Shown here one piece after another: positions 37,181-49,485 of a DNA stretch of 64,000 nucleotides. The stretch's first letter is position 1; each line of letters starts with the position of its first letter. The notes beneath the pieces were generated by a model. That model did not search any database, was not told where the DNA came from, and saw only the letters and a list, made by a program, of their open reading frames with translations. Source of the stretch: Cenococcum geophilum (taxonomy: Eukaryota); contig CP158636.1 in NCBI GenBank assembly GCA_050273025.1, forward strand, positions 3,038,001-3,102,000, in the 5' to 3' direction. The position numbers and the translations under genes are program-made.

Positions 37181-37503
37181 ACTCTGTCCTATTACTCTAC
37201 CCCTTTAATCAAATTCTTAAATATTAAACTTATTTATCAAGTTTACTTACTTCACTTGCTTTACTTACTTAAGGTCCGCACTAGTTAACTAGTCTAACTA
37301 CTAAAAGTAGGCAATATCCCGTATCGTGGGGCGCGTTATACGGAATAAAAAATATATATTAAGTCGCTACCTAATAGGTATAAAGGAAGAGGCGATATAC
37401 TTAGTAATGATTAGGGTATGTAAGGTGTAACCGACTACCGACACTGTGCTGAGACACAAGATCACCGCTTGGAAGGCTCTAAGACAGCGTCAACGCCACC
37501 CTA

Positions 37504-37665
37504 TCCCTTATCCCGTCAAAATTGGTCCTTACGGTATCGATAAGAGCCCACCAATCAAACCGGTCGAATCAAGCCGCCGTTCTCAGAAATACAAAGCCTT
37601 TGACTTTGTTGAGAACAATGTTCCGCACAGACCACTTACACTAAGGACCTTGACGGGTTAAGGGA
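37504..37665. mobile_element. 162-bp MITE inside the 5' LTR of copia B
   Basis: 16-bp TIR TCCCTTA(T/A)CCCGTCAA with one mismatch; TA duplication; absent from the 3' LTR. Confidence 0.9.
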
Positions 37666-40600
37666 TATATTGATTGCAGATTAATATTACTTGCAGATCA
37701 CTATTCCCATTTTAGTTACCTATTACCCATCATGTCTTATTACCTCTACATTCTTCGTGTATATATAGAGGCTTTAGAGCTACATTTATAATTAAGTCGT
37801 TTATTTAATTCTTCGCACTATAAAGCTTACAGTTATGAGCCTAGCCTGCCTACCGTACTGCATCTAATCTATACATTCAGCGCTTACTAAGCAATCAATC
37901 TACTACCTTATTTAAGAAGTCACTACTTCTACTACCTTTGCGGTGTCTTGAGCTTCTTTACCTATCAAACGAACGGACGATCGACCCCAGTTAACGTACG
38001 TACCCGACCGACGAGCGAATTAACGAATCAAAAAACGTCAAAATAAGGTTTTCGCCAAGACGCCAATTGGACCCTGCCTGACCTGTCAAAATCCTAAAAA
38101 TAACGACCACGAACGAATTAAAAGTCAACCTCATCCTCAACCAGCCTTCTGATTAGACACAGTGGTTCTTTATTATCTAAAACGCAGCCAAAACGAACAA
38201 GGTATGGCAATATATCAACCCATTAAAAAAGGAAAAAGATCTTCCAACGCTAGAACTACCAAGTCGACCTATACCAAGAGACGTACTACCGACGGCTACA
38301 TTAATAGCGAAGCTAGAACCAAACCAGCTCATTGCCTATAACTAGCTCTATTCTAAATATAAGGACAATCTTCAAATATACTAGAAGCAAGAAGCAAGAA
38401 CAGGCTATTAACAACATCAGTAACTACATTGTGCGAATAACATCGGTAGCCTACCTCCCTCTTATTAACGGCCTAGATACAGTACACGGACGGCTATAAG
38501 CGCTTAAGAAAGCTCTAGCTCCTACTATATTAGGTCAAAAGCACGACGTCCTCGTTTAATATACGACCTTAAAAGCCTACAACAAAAAATAGAGTATTGA
38601 GAAATAGTTAAACAGCTGGCGGAACGTCTATAAGCTTGCTAAGCAATTAGACCTGCCAGACGTGTAAGGCTTTAGGCCCCACTACGACTTTATTCAAGCA
38701 ATTAAGCCCATCTCTTCTAGCTTTGTAGGAGCTCTAGAAGTAGACCTTATCCGTAAGGAACGTAAGGATAAAGCTGCACCGTCTATTATTAATCTCATCG
38801 AGGAATTTAAGGAGCACTACCGCATGCAGCAAGTAGTATCCTCTGCTACTACTGCTAATAGCTCTGCATTTGCAATCCTATAAGGCAACTTAAATACCAG
38901 TTCAGACGCGAATTCTAACGGCAATTCCAATTCTAAATGGAATAAGATATGCGTATGCGGCCTTAAGTATCGATTTGGCGACTGCTTCTATATTATTAAG
39001 CGGAAGCGCCCTTAAGGATGGAAGCCAAACCTAGACGTTCAGAAGGAAGTAGATGAAAAGATCTTATCTACACCTTGGATTAAACGTATTGTTAACCTTA
39101 TCTTAAAAAGAGAATAGGAAGTAAAGAAGAATATAGATTTTACAATAGATTTTAATTCTAAAACCCCACCGTCTAAGACCCCAACTAGCTATGCTGCTGT
39201 GTTCAGTACTGGTTAAAAACTATTTAAACTCCAGAACACCTAGATACTTAACCCTAGTATAGATACCCACGTCTACAATAACCAAGAAGACTTTACCTTC
39301 TCCTACCTAATTGCTGGCGGAAATTTTGAAAAAATATAAGCCTACGGAATAGTAATAATTACTATTAATACACCTACTGGGAGCTTAAAAATGAAGCTAT
39401 CCTATATAGTATTGGTACCTACTATATTTACAAATATCGTAGCACTATTAAGAGCTACTAATAACGATATCCATTTTGACTTAGGATGAAACTTGCTATA
39501 CCGTCTAGTAACTAGTAAAATAGTATACTACGCAAAACAACTAAAGGGCCACTGGGCGCTAATGCACAGAGAGCCTATAAATACCCTAGATTTAATAACT
39601 TAATTAACCTTCTTAATAAGAAGACATTAACTAAGCAGAATGGCCAGTAAAATAGTCGGAGCTATAGCTATAAAATGGCATAAAATTCTAGGCTATATAG
39701 GACCTAACGCTATTGAGCAGCTTCTTAAGTACGTTAATGGCGTAGAGCTTAAAGAGCTAATTAACGAACGAGCACCGCTTAAAATTGAATATAAAGTCTA
39801 CTTATTAGCAAAGCATATATAGCAGATCTCTTAAAGACGAGAACACGAATTCCTAGCCACTTAACCATTTAAGCGAGTAGTATTTAATATTATTACCCTT
39901 GGAGAACTAGGGTATAACGGCGATAGATACGTAATACATTTCTATTGCACGTATTCTAAATTTAACTTTATATATACCGCCAAGAATAAGGATAAAGCTA
40001 CTATCCTACCTACTATTTATAAGACTTACCAGCTAATTAAAATATGATTCTACTAAGACGTTGTCTTCTTCTAGAGTAATAACGAACGTGTATTTAGATA
40101 AACCGAAGATACACTATAGACGTGGTGCGTAGACAAAGGCATTACTTTTAAATGCCGAGCCCCGTATATAGAAGAATAAAATAGCGGAGCTAAATAATCC
40201 GGATAAACCTTTATGGAACGGTTAAGGGCTATACAGCTAGAAGCTTCCTTACCCCCGTCTCTAGGACTAGAGGCGTTTTTTGCTGCTAGATACGCCCTTA
40301 ATTAAACACCGAATAAACAGCTAGGGTAGAGAACTCCCTACGAGATCGCCTACGGCAAGCCGCCATTACTTACCTATATGCACGTATACGGCTGTAAAAC
40401 CTATACACTAGACAAATAAATTAAAAGGGGAGATAAACTAGCTCCTTATGCATTAATTAGATACCTAGTTAGCTACGATTTAACTAATATCTATTAAATC
40501 TAGATTCCAAGTCTCCGCAAGGTTATTTAAACTAAAGACGTCACATTTAACAAGACCTCGTTCTATAACCCTAAGGGTTAAGATATTAACTACCTGCTAA

Positions 40601-41383
40601 GGGAAGCATTAGAAGACACCCTCTAGATAATTAGTTTACTAAAACCTCTCTATAAGGATAAATCTGAGGATAAATCTCTCCTATATAGACCTACTTTAAA
40701 TGCAGATTAAACGACTATACCTAAATCGAATGATTTGGCAGAGCCTCCTGCAAAGGATATTAAACAGTTACCGACTTTTAGCAGAACGGTATCTCTAGAT
40801 TTACTAGAACCGAACACCTTACTATAAGGACTTTAAGACGATATCCTAGATATAATTAAAGCAACTCCTACCTAGCTAAGTTTGCTAGAACTATCTAATA
40901 TAGCTCTATAAGCTAATAAAGTCTTAGCCAAACCTTCTGCCAACTTTATCCTACTAGAAGGATCTAAACGAATTTAACGTTAAGCGTATACGACAGCACT
41001 AGCCAATCTATCTACCCTATTTAGTTACTACGCTGGATTTGCTACAGGACTAGTAAAGGACGTCAGCCGAACTAGATCCTTATCCTTATCTCTATATTAT
41101 AACAATCTTCCTCCTAAACCAAAGAATTTTAAAGAACTAAGAAAGTATCTGTTAACTACTAGCTTTTAAAAAGCTATAGAAAAAGAATATAACGACCTAA
41201 AATGTTAAGGGACATTTAAGACTGTACTAAAAGTAGAAGTAGGTAATGAGCAGATCCTTTTACTAAAATAGGTCTTTAAATATAAGCTTAACAGCGATGG
41301 TTACCTATAAAAGCTTAAAGCTAGACTATGCGTCCGCGGAGACTTGCAGATTACCGAAGAAGAGACCTATGCAGTAACCCTAG

Positions 41384-42696
41384 TGTCACAGTACGTGCGG
41401 ACTGTCAAGGTACAAGGTACGAGGTGACTGTATATCATTGACAAACGATGTCGTGTGAGGATCTATGTAGGAGGTGAGGTAGTATATATACACGTCGCTT
41501 AGGGGTCAGGTCCGTGCTCGTGTTATAACAACACTGAATCATAACAACATGTTAGGTCAGTGCCGTAACAGTACATCCCTCCCAACAAGGCGAGCTCCTG
41601 TGAGCCAAGTAACGGCAGTAAAAACATGGAAGTAAAAAAATAAACCACATATCCTCATCCTTTTAGTCCTCAAAGGTTCTCGTCCTTCCAGTCCTTAAAT
41701 GTCCTCGTCCTTACAGTCCTTAGACCCTTCTACCTATATCCCTACTACATCGCTCTCCGCTAGTGCTCGTCTTAAGCACTAAATAAAGCCGAAGGCGAAA
41801 GGGTAAAACGGGGGAGACGAAAAAAAATGTAACCGCGGGGCGTATTGCGGATATTGACTCTCGAAAGGCTCGAAGTTGCGGAGATCGAGGTTAAGTCGTA
41901 GACTTGAAAGGCTCGGGGGTTACGGAGATTGAGGTTATTGCGTAGACTCGAAAGGCTTGGGGTGCGGAGATCAAGGTATAGATTCAACAGGCTCGGAGTA
42001 CGGAGATCGAGGTTAAGACGTAGATTCTTGTCGTGGTAAACTTAAAGTATATTGTTGTCGAAGACGAAGACGGAGACGGAGACGAGATCGTAATCTATAG
42101 TCTTACACTGTAATTAAGACACGAGGACATAGCCCGTAGGGTGTCTCCCTGCAGCCGGCTTTAGAAACTTAGGACGTAAAGCAGAAGCATAGCTAGATAC
42201 GGAGACTCGGAGACTAAGAAGAGGAACCATAGCCCGCAGGGTGTCTCCCTGCTGCCGGCCTAGGAAACTTAGAGACTAAGAAGAGAAACTATAGCCCGTA
42301 GGGTGTCTCCCTACTGCCAGCTTAGAAACTTGGGTGGACGGAGAGATCGGCTTAGGTACTCAAATAGATTCAACAGAGATTTTACTAGGTCGCATTAACG
42401 TGGAATGGGGGTAAGAATCCCGCCCAGGGTAGGGTTATAGCTTTAGAACGTAGCTTTGGAACGGTGGAAACAAAGCCCTACCGGGGGCGTAAGGTATGAC
42501 ACGATATACTGTCACAGTACGTGCGGACTGTCAAGGTACGAGGTACGAGGTGACTGTATATTATTGACAAACGATGTCGTGTAAGGATCTATGTAGGAGG
42601 TGAGGTGGTATATATACACGTCGCTTAGGGGTCAGGTCCGTGCTCCTGTCATGACAACACTGAATCATAACAACGTGTCAGGTCAGTGCCGTAACA
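41384..42696 (-). mobile_element. Non-coding miniature LTR retroelement (TRIM-like), 1313 bp, with 187-bp LTRs
   Basis: LTRs 41384-41570 and 42510-42696 (TGTCAC...GTAACA); TSD CCTAG; PPT GGGAGGGA on the minus strand next to the left LTR; interior of short tandem repeats with no recognisable gag/pol. Confidence 0.93.
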
Positions 42697-42997
42697 CCTA
42701 GCTGCTCGAATATTCCGTGCTTTTATGGCTATAGCAGCCGCATTTGACCTGGAAATTTAATAGTATAACGCTGTAAACGCATTTACAAACGCTAAGCTTA
42801 GTAAACTAATCTACTGCTACTACCTAGAAGGATTTAATTAAAACAGATATGTCCTAAAGCTACTTATAGCGCTATATAGATTAAAAATCTCACCACTACT
42901 TTGGTATAAAGAGCTTACTAATACACTAGCTAAATTCGGATTAGCACTAGTACCAGGCACTAACTGCCTATTTACCGACGGACGACTTATTGTCTTT

Positions 42998-44067
42998 TAG
43001 TGATCTACTTAGAGCGGGGTCTATTTGGAGCTTTAATGTGGATTCGGCTTTGATATGGATTTAGATTGGGCCTTCTGGTTAGTGGATTAGAGTGGATCTA
43101 CGGTTAATTTAACTCTTAGAGCTCTAGATCTATACCCAATTTAAACTACGGCTAAGGAGGAATAGAGCGCTAAGGGGTTAGTGTAAAAGAAGAAGCTAAT
43201 CAGTAAGTCTCTTAACTTTACTACTAACTTACTATCTAATAAGTAGTGTATTAGCTATAGAATCTAAAACACCTGGCTGCTATTACTTCTGCTGTTACGG
43301 TTCTGCATCTACACTTACTATTATAGTGTTGTATTTAACTTTCCTACCTCTGTAATAAAACGATTTCTCTTAGTACGCCCGCCTCTATATTACCCTTACC
43401 CCAAAATTAATTAATTTAAAAGCTGACGATATAAAGGAGGTAGTTAAGTTTAAGCTGTAGGGTAAGAACTATATTTAATATAACGCCTTAATAAAGAAAC
43501 TAAAGTATATAAAGCAACGCATGTTACCTGTTACTCTCGCTTATAAATAGATATTATTAAGGCCAACGAGTGCCTCCGCTATTAGTATGGGCCTCTGTAT
43601 AAGGGCACGTTTAATAATATATATTGGAGTTATAGAGGGAGGAGCCTACACAAATAGTATTACTAAAGGAGGCCTTAAAGGCTCGAGTTGCCGCGTATAA
43701 GGAAGCTATAGTAGCAAATACAGTAGCAGAGGCACCTCTAGGGGAGCTAGGCAGGCTAGGTAAGCCAGTAGCTATAGAGCCAGATAATAATAAGAGTAAG
43801 AGCTATAATAAGGGCGCATATACTGCCTTTAAGGAGGCGATTAAGGTAGAAGATTACGAAGCTTCTTATATAGAGGCTTTGTAATTTAGGGTTAATTTAG
43901 TATATTCTTCTTTCCTTAACTTTTCCTTACCTTCTGCTACGACTTACTATTTATAGTATATATTTAATCTAGAGTTATATTAGAGTCCTAGAGCTCTACC
44001 GCCTCCTTAGCGTATAGAGTGGATTTAACCCCTAAATTTACTCCAGTCTAGTCTAATAAGATTACTG
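42998..44067 (+). mobile_element. Non-autonomous hAT deletion derivative (1070 bp), RIP-mutated
   Basis: Ends TAGTGATCT...AGATTACTG (RIP of CAGTGATCT); 8-bp TSD TTGTCTT(T/C); TGGAT subterminal motifs; SRL*IDIIKANECLRY*YG resembles the hAT C-terminus; excision restores copia RT LIVFFYVD. Confidence 0.88.
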
Positions 44068-46052
44068 TTGTCTTCTTCTATGTAGATAATATTGCCGTCT
44101 TATTTGCTAAGAAGGGCCTTTTAAGACTTAAAGAATTTGAAGTAAAATTGCTGTACCGATACGAGATCCGTGTACTAAGAGACCTATAGTAGTTCCTAGG
44201 AATTTGAATTAAACGAGATTGACCAAGTTAAAAGCTCTGGCTCTACTAAGATTCCTATATCAAAAGGATTGCCAATTAATTTAATATTCAACTAGGAAGA
44301 TTTCCTAAATCTCCACTACCTGCTGAACTGATTCCGTTTGACCAGTAGACGAACCCTTAAAGAACACTAGCCTATTAGTAATGGGTTGGTTCTCTTACAC
44401 ACCTAGCCGTATTTAGAAGACCTAATATTACTAAGACGCATTCTAAGCTAGCCAAATTCCTTACTAATCTAAATTAAGAACACCTTAACGCAGTAAACTA
44501 AGCTATTGCTTACTGTCTTAGAACAAAATCTACAGCTATTAAATACTTTGGCGAAGTATTTAGAGCCCACGTCTACTTTAGAAATCCTAAAGAAGAAGAT
44601 GTCACCTTTTACGGAGCATCTAACGCAGCATTTGCGGACCATATAGAAACTAGACGGAGCTCTTAAGGATATCTATTTATCCTATTTAGAGGCCTAATTA
44701 ATTAGAAAGCAACCCTATAGTAATCTATTATATGCTCGACTACTAAAGCAGAGCTTTTCTCCCTATCTACTACTGCCGTTAAAATTATCTGGTGGTAATA
44801 ATTTTTTAAGGCAATAGGCTTTAATTTAGAACGCGATTTTACTGTGCTCTGCGACAATATATAGACCATATAACTTCTAAGACAGGGTACACCAAAGCTT
44901 GACACCAAGCTTCGATATATCAACGTCCATCAGCACTAGCTAAAACAGGAAGTCCAAGATAAAAAGATTAACGTCCAATGGGTCCCTATAGACAAGATGC
45001 CTACCGACGGCCTTACTAAGATCCTACCTCATTAAAAGCATAAAGCTTAGATAAAGCAATTAAATTTAGTGGATATTCGACATCAGATTAATTAATTCCA
45101 TTCGCAATATCCGCAATATTTATAATATTTATAATATCCGTCACAGTTACCCTATCCGTTTACTACTCTCAAATTGTATCTAAATTTCCTATTTTGGTAA
45201 AGCTTCTGCCTTTATATTATGTTCTACAGCTTTAACTACATCGTTAAATCTAGGGGGGTGTGTAACCGACTACCGACACTATGCTAAGACACAAGATCAC
45301 CGCTTGGAAGGCTCCAAGACAGCGTTAACGTCACCCTATATATTAATTGCAGATCACTGTTCCCATTTTAGTTACCTATTACCCCATCATGTCTTATTAC
45401 CTCCACGTTCTTCGTGTATATATAGAGGTTTTAGAGCTACATTCACAATCAAGTCGTTCATTCAATTCTTCGCACTGCAAAGTTTACATAAGGCCTAGGA
45501 ATATTAGGGACTAGTTTGGGGAACCGTAATAAAATAGAGTGGTAATGACCGCTCGGCTAAGTGCCCGCTAAGCAGAACTCTTAACATCTTCTTACCTTTC
45601 TAAGTAATACCAATTTTGGGCCCTTCTTCTAGTATGCTAATTATCGCTTGTTAGTATCAGCCATCCTTGGAATTTGGTCAACTTTACAGAACAGTTGGTG
45701 TTTGAAAGTTCATCAACGGGATACACTGTTGCATTTCGGTCTTAAACATGTACAGGAGTTTAGACCCTAGAGCTTTCACCCTCATGTATGAGTTACACAA
45801 CATTTCGCTGCCTCCGGTTGAATTTACAGATTAGGAAGACCGCTCTGTAAATATATTTCGGTTTAATGGAGTTTTTTAAGCCTTTAGCACTTACAAATAT
45901 GTATTATACACGAGAATTTAGCTGTTGGCCTTTTCGGGTTCCTGAGCACGCAAGTGCTTGACCTGCTGTGCTATTAATGTCCCTATAATCTATTGCCTGC
46001 GCCGCTTTCGCGCACATGCTATCTCCGCTCCCCGTTGCCATATCCATCATCC

Positions 46053-46623
46053 CTAATACGGCGCCGCCGTCACTGCATGCACATAGGTCGCATTGCAACT
46101 GGCATCCGTGCCCATCCACTCAAGCTGCACCGACAATTAGCACATCTGACCTAGCAAACCCGCCAAGCAAACCACTCACCACTTCCTGTTCCAGCTCGCC
46201 CACGCAAATCGTCCAGCCATCCGTCGTCCCGTTCACGGAGAGCAAATACCCGCCGCTGAGCGCCAGGCTGCCTGCCGGCTGCGGCGCCGCGAGGAACTGC
46301 AGCTCCTGCCCGGCTACTACGGCCGTAGAGTTGTATTCGTAGACACCGATGCCGTGCGGGCCTGACGTGATCGTGTGCAGTGTGCCGTCTGTTAGCGTGA
46401 AGTTGGGCAAGCTGCCGTAGCCTGGGCCGGTCAGGCGTATTGCAAGCGCTGGGCGGTAGTACGGGTCGAAGAGTGAGGTGGCGGAGACGGCGCGTAGGAG
46501 TGAGGAATTTGTTGTTGGAGTGGATTGTTCGGTTGTGACGAGGTAGAAGGTGGAGGGTGTGTAGGGGTATGAAGTGGCGAGGGCGAGAAGGGTGGAGAGG
46601 AGTATGAGAAGCGTATTAAGCAT
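46053..46623 (-). CDS. Small predicted secreted protein (171 aa, 2 exons), function unknown
   Basis: Signal-peptide-like MLNTLLILLSTLLALATS; exon 1 46623-46180; intron 46179-46125 (GTGAGT..CTAAT..GCAG); exon 2 LEWMGTDASCNATYVHAVTAAPY*. Confidence 0.85.
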
Positions 46624-47488
46624 TGTGATGATGAGTCCGTGAAATTGGCTTTGAAGTAAGTGGTGAATGAAGTGAGGTTGGGAGAGAAAATTGTGGTTTT
46701 AGAGGATGCAGAAGATATTTATTATTTCAGGTACCACAGATGACAGGCAAGGAAACACCGGTACCTTGTGTGGCCCATTGCATCACCGGGCCCATAAATT
46801 TACCTCGTCGGGCCTTATTGGCAGTGGTAATCCATGGCCCTGCACGAACTTTAGAAGGAGCCATCCAATGCGAGCGCTCGTTTGTAGTGGTAGGCTCAGA
46901 TCGACAGGAGTTTGGAAAACGGCTCAGGTGCGGCTGTAGGGATTGCTCCCTGTACCGAAATCAGTGTGTCCATGACACAGTTCACCAATCATATCCTGGG
47001 TTGTTCACAATAGATTGGCTGCACTGCTATACCCTTGTACGGTGCGGCAAAGTGCGGCTATGATGCCGTGTAGCGTTATTTCTATTTTAGGGACTGTCGT
47101 TGCATGCGTCACTCGCCCGTTTACTTCTTCACACGGGTGACATGTTCTACGAGCAGTCGTTTGTAGCCAGCTCTGTTGTTACTATATCCGCATCTGAGAG
47201 TTCAGCTTAGCTTACAATCTTGTGGCCGCCTCAATTGCAATGCGCTCATTATACAGAAGGATCTCCTATGTCATCCGAGGAATTTGCCATTGTAATGTCA
47301 ACTTTATTCGGTATTACACGCCGATGCGTGTTAAGGACGTAAGCAGAGGCTTTACGCAGTATTTGGAGATATCTATACAGGTCGAGGTCGGAAGGAGCGA
47401 AACACATACAGAATCTCGATGTATAATCTTCAACTACGACGCAGAAAAGCTGCGAGTTAAAGGGGAGTACAATGGTATTTTACAATGT

Positions 47489-49184
47489 CTACAGAAACTC
47501 TACGCCCACTCCGAAAGACAAGCCTTTCCTTCCTGCTTCTGCGTCTCTTCGGACCAATGGAAGAGAAAAGTTGATCTCAAACCGCGCGACGGGGTGTGCG
47601 TAAACCACGCCAAAACCTGCCGCACAGGATGGCAGACCGTCCTTGAGCGCTGCTATTGTCCTCCTCATGTTGCTTAAAACGGCAGCACTGTCAATCATGC
47701 CTTCCTTTAGTTTGCCTTTCAGGGCGAGTAGCCTTCCACCATTGATAAAAGCCTGCAATCGGAGGGGGGTGTCTGCGCCGACTCTTGGAATGGGGAATAG
47801 AAGGCTTGCCCCGCCGGCAGCATATACATCGCCGCCAACAGCATCCGGGCCGTCGTGAGGACCAAGGCCAGACAGTCGGAAACCACGGACGTCGGTTGGT
47901 CCACCTAGCTGAAATCGATCATTTATTCGGGACTGCACTAGCTTATCGCCGCCACTAAGAGTAAGAGGGTATAGCATGCCACCGCGAAGACCAGCCGTGA
48001 AAGTAATGCCGCTGCTACCAAGAGGGACAGCAGCTTGTGTCTCGCCTTCCAATTTCCCGAAGCTAACATCTCCTTTCAGCGGTCCAAATCCAGCAATCTC
48101 AGCCACAGTTTTCATGAGATAACCTCGACTTGGCATAAGAGGGTAATCACGGCGGTCGTTGATCCAAGTGTGGGTAAGACTGGACTTGAAGCTGTCACCA
48201 GCGTCACCCCGAACAGTTGGGGATGCATTTTCCGCCAGGCCAGTAACCTGTCGCCAAATTCCCGAATATCCGACTTCATGTCTATGGCCACCTTTAGTCA
48301 GATATTTCAACCTGGTAGTTCCGCTTTTGAGGATCTCCTCGTGGCTTGCCCAGCTCTTCAGCGTTGAGCTTGCCTGACCGTTTACTTCGAACCGAAAGTC
48401 TGGGTTGCTAAGAACGGGAGCGTCAAAACCAACGGAATAGGCAGACCGTGTCCGGGTTCCCAGAGATCCATGTGCATTCAAAGACTCAGCCCCACCGAAC
48501 AAATTGCGAAGTTGCAGGTTGACGAACGCATTGCCCTCCGAATGACCGACTTCTGTGCCAGTTTTGATTGTGTACCGTGATCGTTCTCGGGCAGACAAAT
48601 AGACAGCAATATCTGTAGGCGTGGTGGATGGGTCTGTAGGATCCGGTTTATCTATGAAGATGGAAATTGGTGACTTGAAGATATCTGCGCCATTGATAAG
48701 CTTGTGATCATCCACAGCAATACCAACTAGCCCTTACCAAATTTGTTTAGTTGGCTGGTAGCAGTCGAGACATCCGACAGAGCTTCGGCAAGAGTGTAGG
48801 GCCCATCGCGATTGACACTTAATAAAGGTTGGAATATTCGCTCAAGGAATTCTCTCCGGGTATGCGTGGCATAGAGTACACGAATCGATGATATAGTTAC
48901 GGGTAAGGTTGCATTGTCATCAATCTGGAGGTTATTTTAGTAAAGCGGAGCTCCACGGTAATAGCGCATCGAAGCGTTCTTTCGCACCAGCTCTACCAGT
49001 CTCTCCTGTGCTTTCTGATACTGCGCTTGGACTTTGGCGCTCACATCCTGTTGTCGCTTTTCCTGCTCGGCCGGCTCGATCTTCTGCTTCAGCTTTTCGA
49101 AGATCTGCGGGAAAGTCAATCAGCATAGCCGTGAGAATGTTCAGACAGGCATATACATACATCGTCTTCTAAAGGTGAAGCCAT
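47489..49184 (-). CDS. SAM50: Mitochondrial outer-membrane SAM complex core subunit Sam50/Tob55 (Omp85 family), 4 exons
   Basis: ATG 49184 (MASPLEDD, intron, IFEKLKQ); motifs RNLFGGAESL, DRFQLGGPTDVRGF and ARFEINFSLPL; C-terminal beta signal FGVGVEFL. Confidence 0.95.
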
Positions 49185-49485
49185 TGAGTCAGGGCGTGCG
49201 TCGTTTCAAGAAAAGAAAGCTCCATGAGACCGAAAGCGAGGTCCGGAGTCACGTGTGATGATTGCACTGCCAAGATTGATGGGCGATCTACCCAGGGTTG
49301 ACGGAACCCTTTTCATATTCCCCATCACTTGCTTCAACTTCCCCACGGCGACGATTTACTATTTAATCTCTATTAGCAAAGAAAGTCACCACCAAACTTT
49401 TATTCACATAAAGTACTGCCATATATATTCATCAACTTACTTCCTCACCTTCCCTCACCTCGCGCATACCCTGCTACCATTCATC

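Larger units (their letters stand above)
37426..45488 (+). mobile_element. Full-length RIP-degenerate Ty1/Copia element B with three nested insertions
   Basis: 5' LTR 37426-37831, 3' LTR 45261-45488, TSD TAAGG, PBS GTTATGAGCC, PPT AGGGGGGTG. Domain order gag, protease, GAG-pre-integrase (WHKILGY), integrase, RT (KARLCVRGD, FYVDNI), RNase H (MPTDGLTK). Confidence 0.96.

Noticed and set aside
37504..37665. piggyBac assignment for the CCC...GGG-ended MITE
   Set aside because: Comparison with the empty 3' LTR shows a 2-bp duplication, not TTAA.
27910..44067. Insertion hotspots at near-homologous RT positions in copia A and B
   Set aside because: Sites differ by about 45-55 bp and involve unrelated elements; compatible with chance at this insertion density.
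1..45500. Starship (tyrosine recombinase captain) element
   Set aside because: No DUF3435-like captain recognised; severe RIP means it cannot be fully excluded for 18.4-21 kb.
49255..49485. 77-aa N-terminal extension of UBC6 (likewise 59548-59748 for TFG1)
   Set aside because: ORF-track GTG starts in pyrimidine-rich UTR-like sequence; homology and good ATG context begin at 49486 and 59749.
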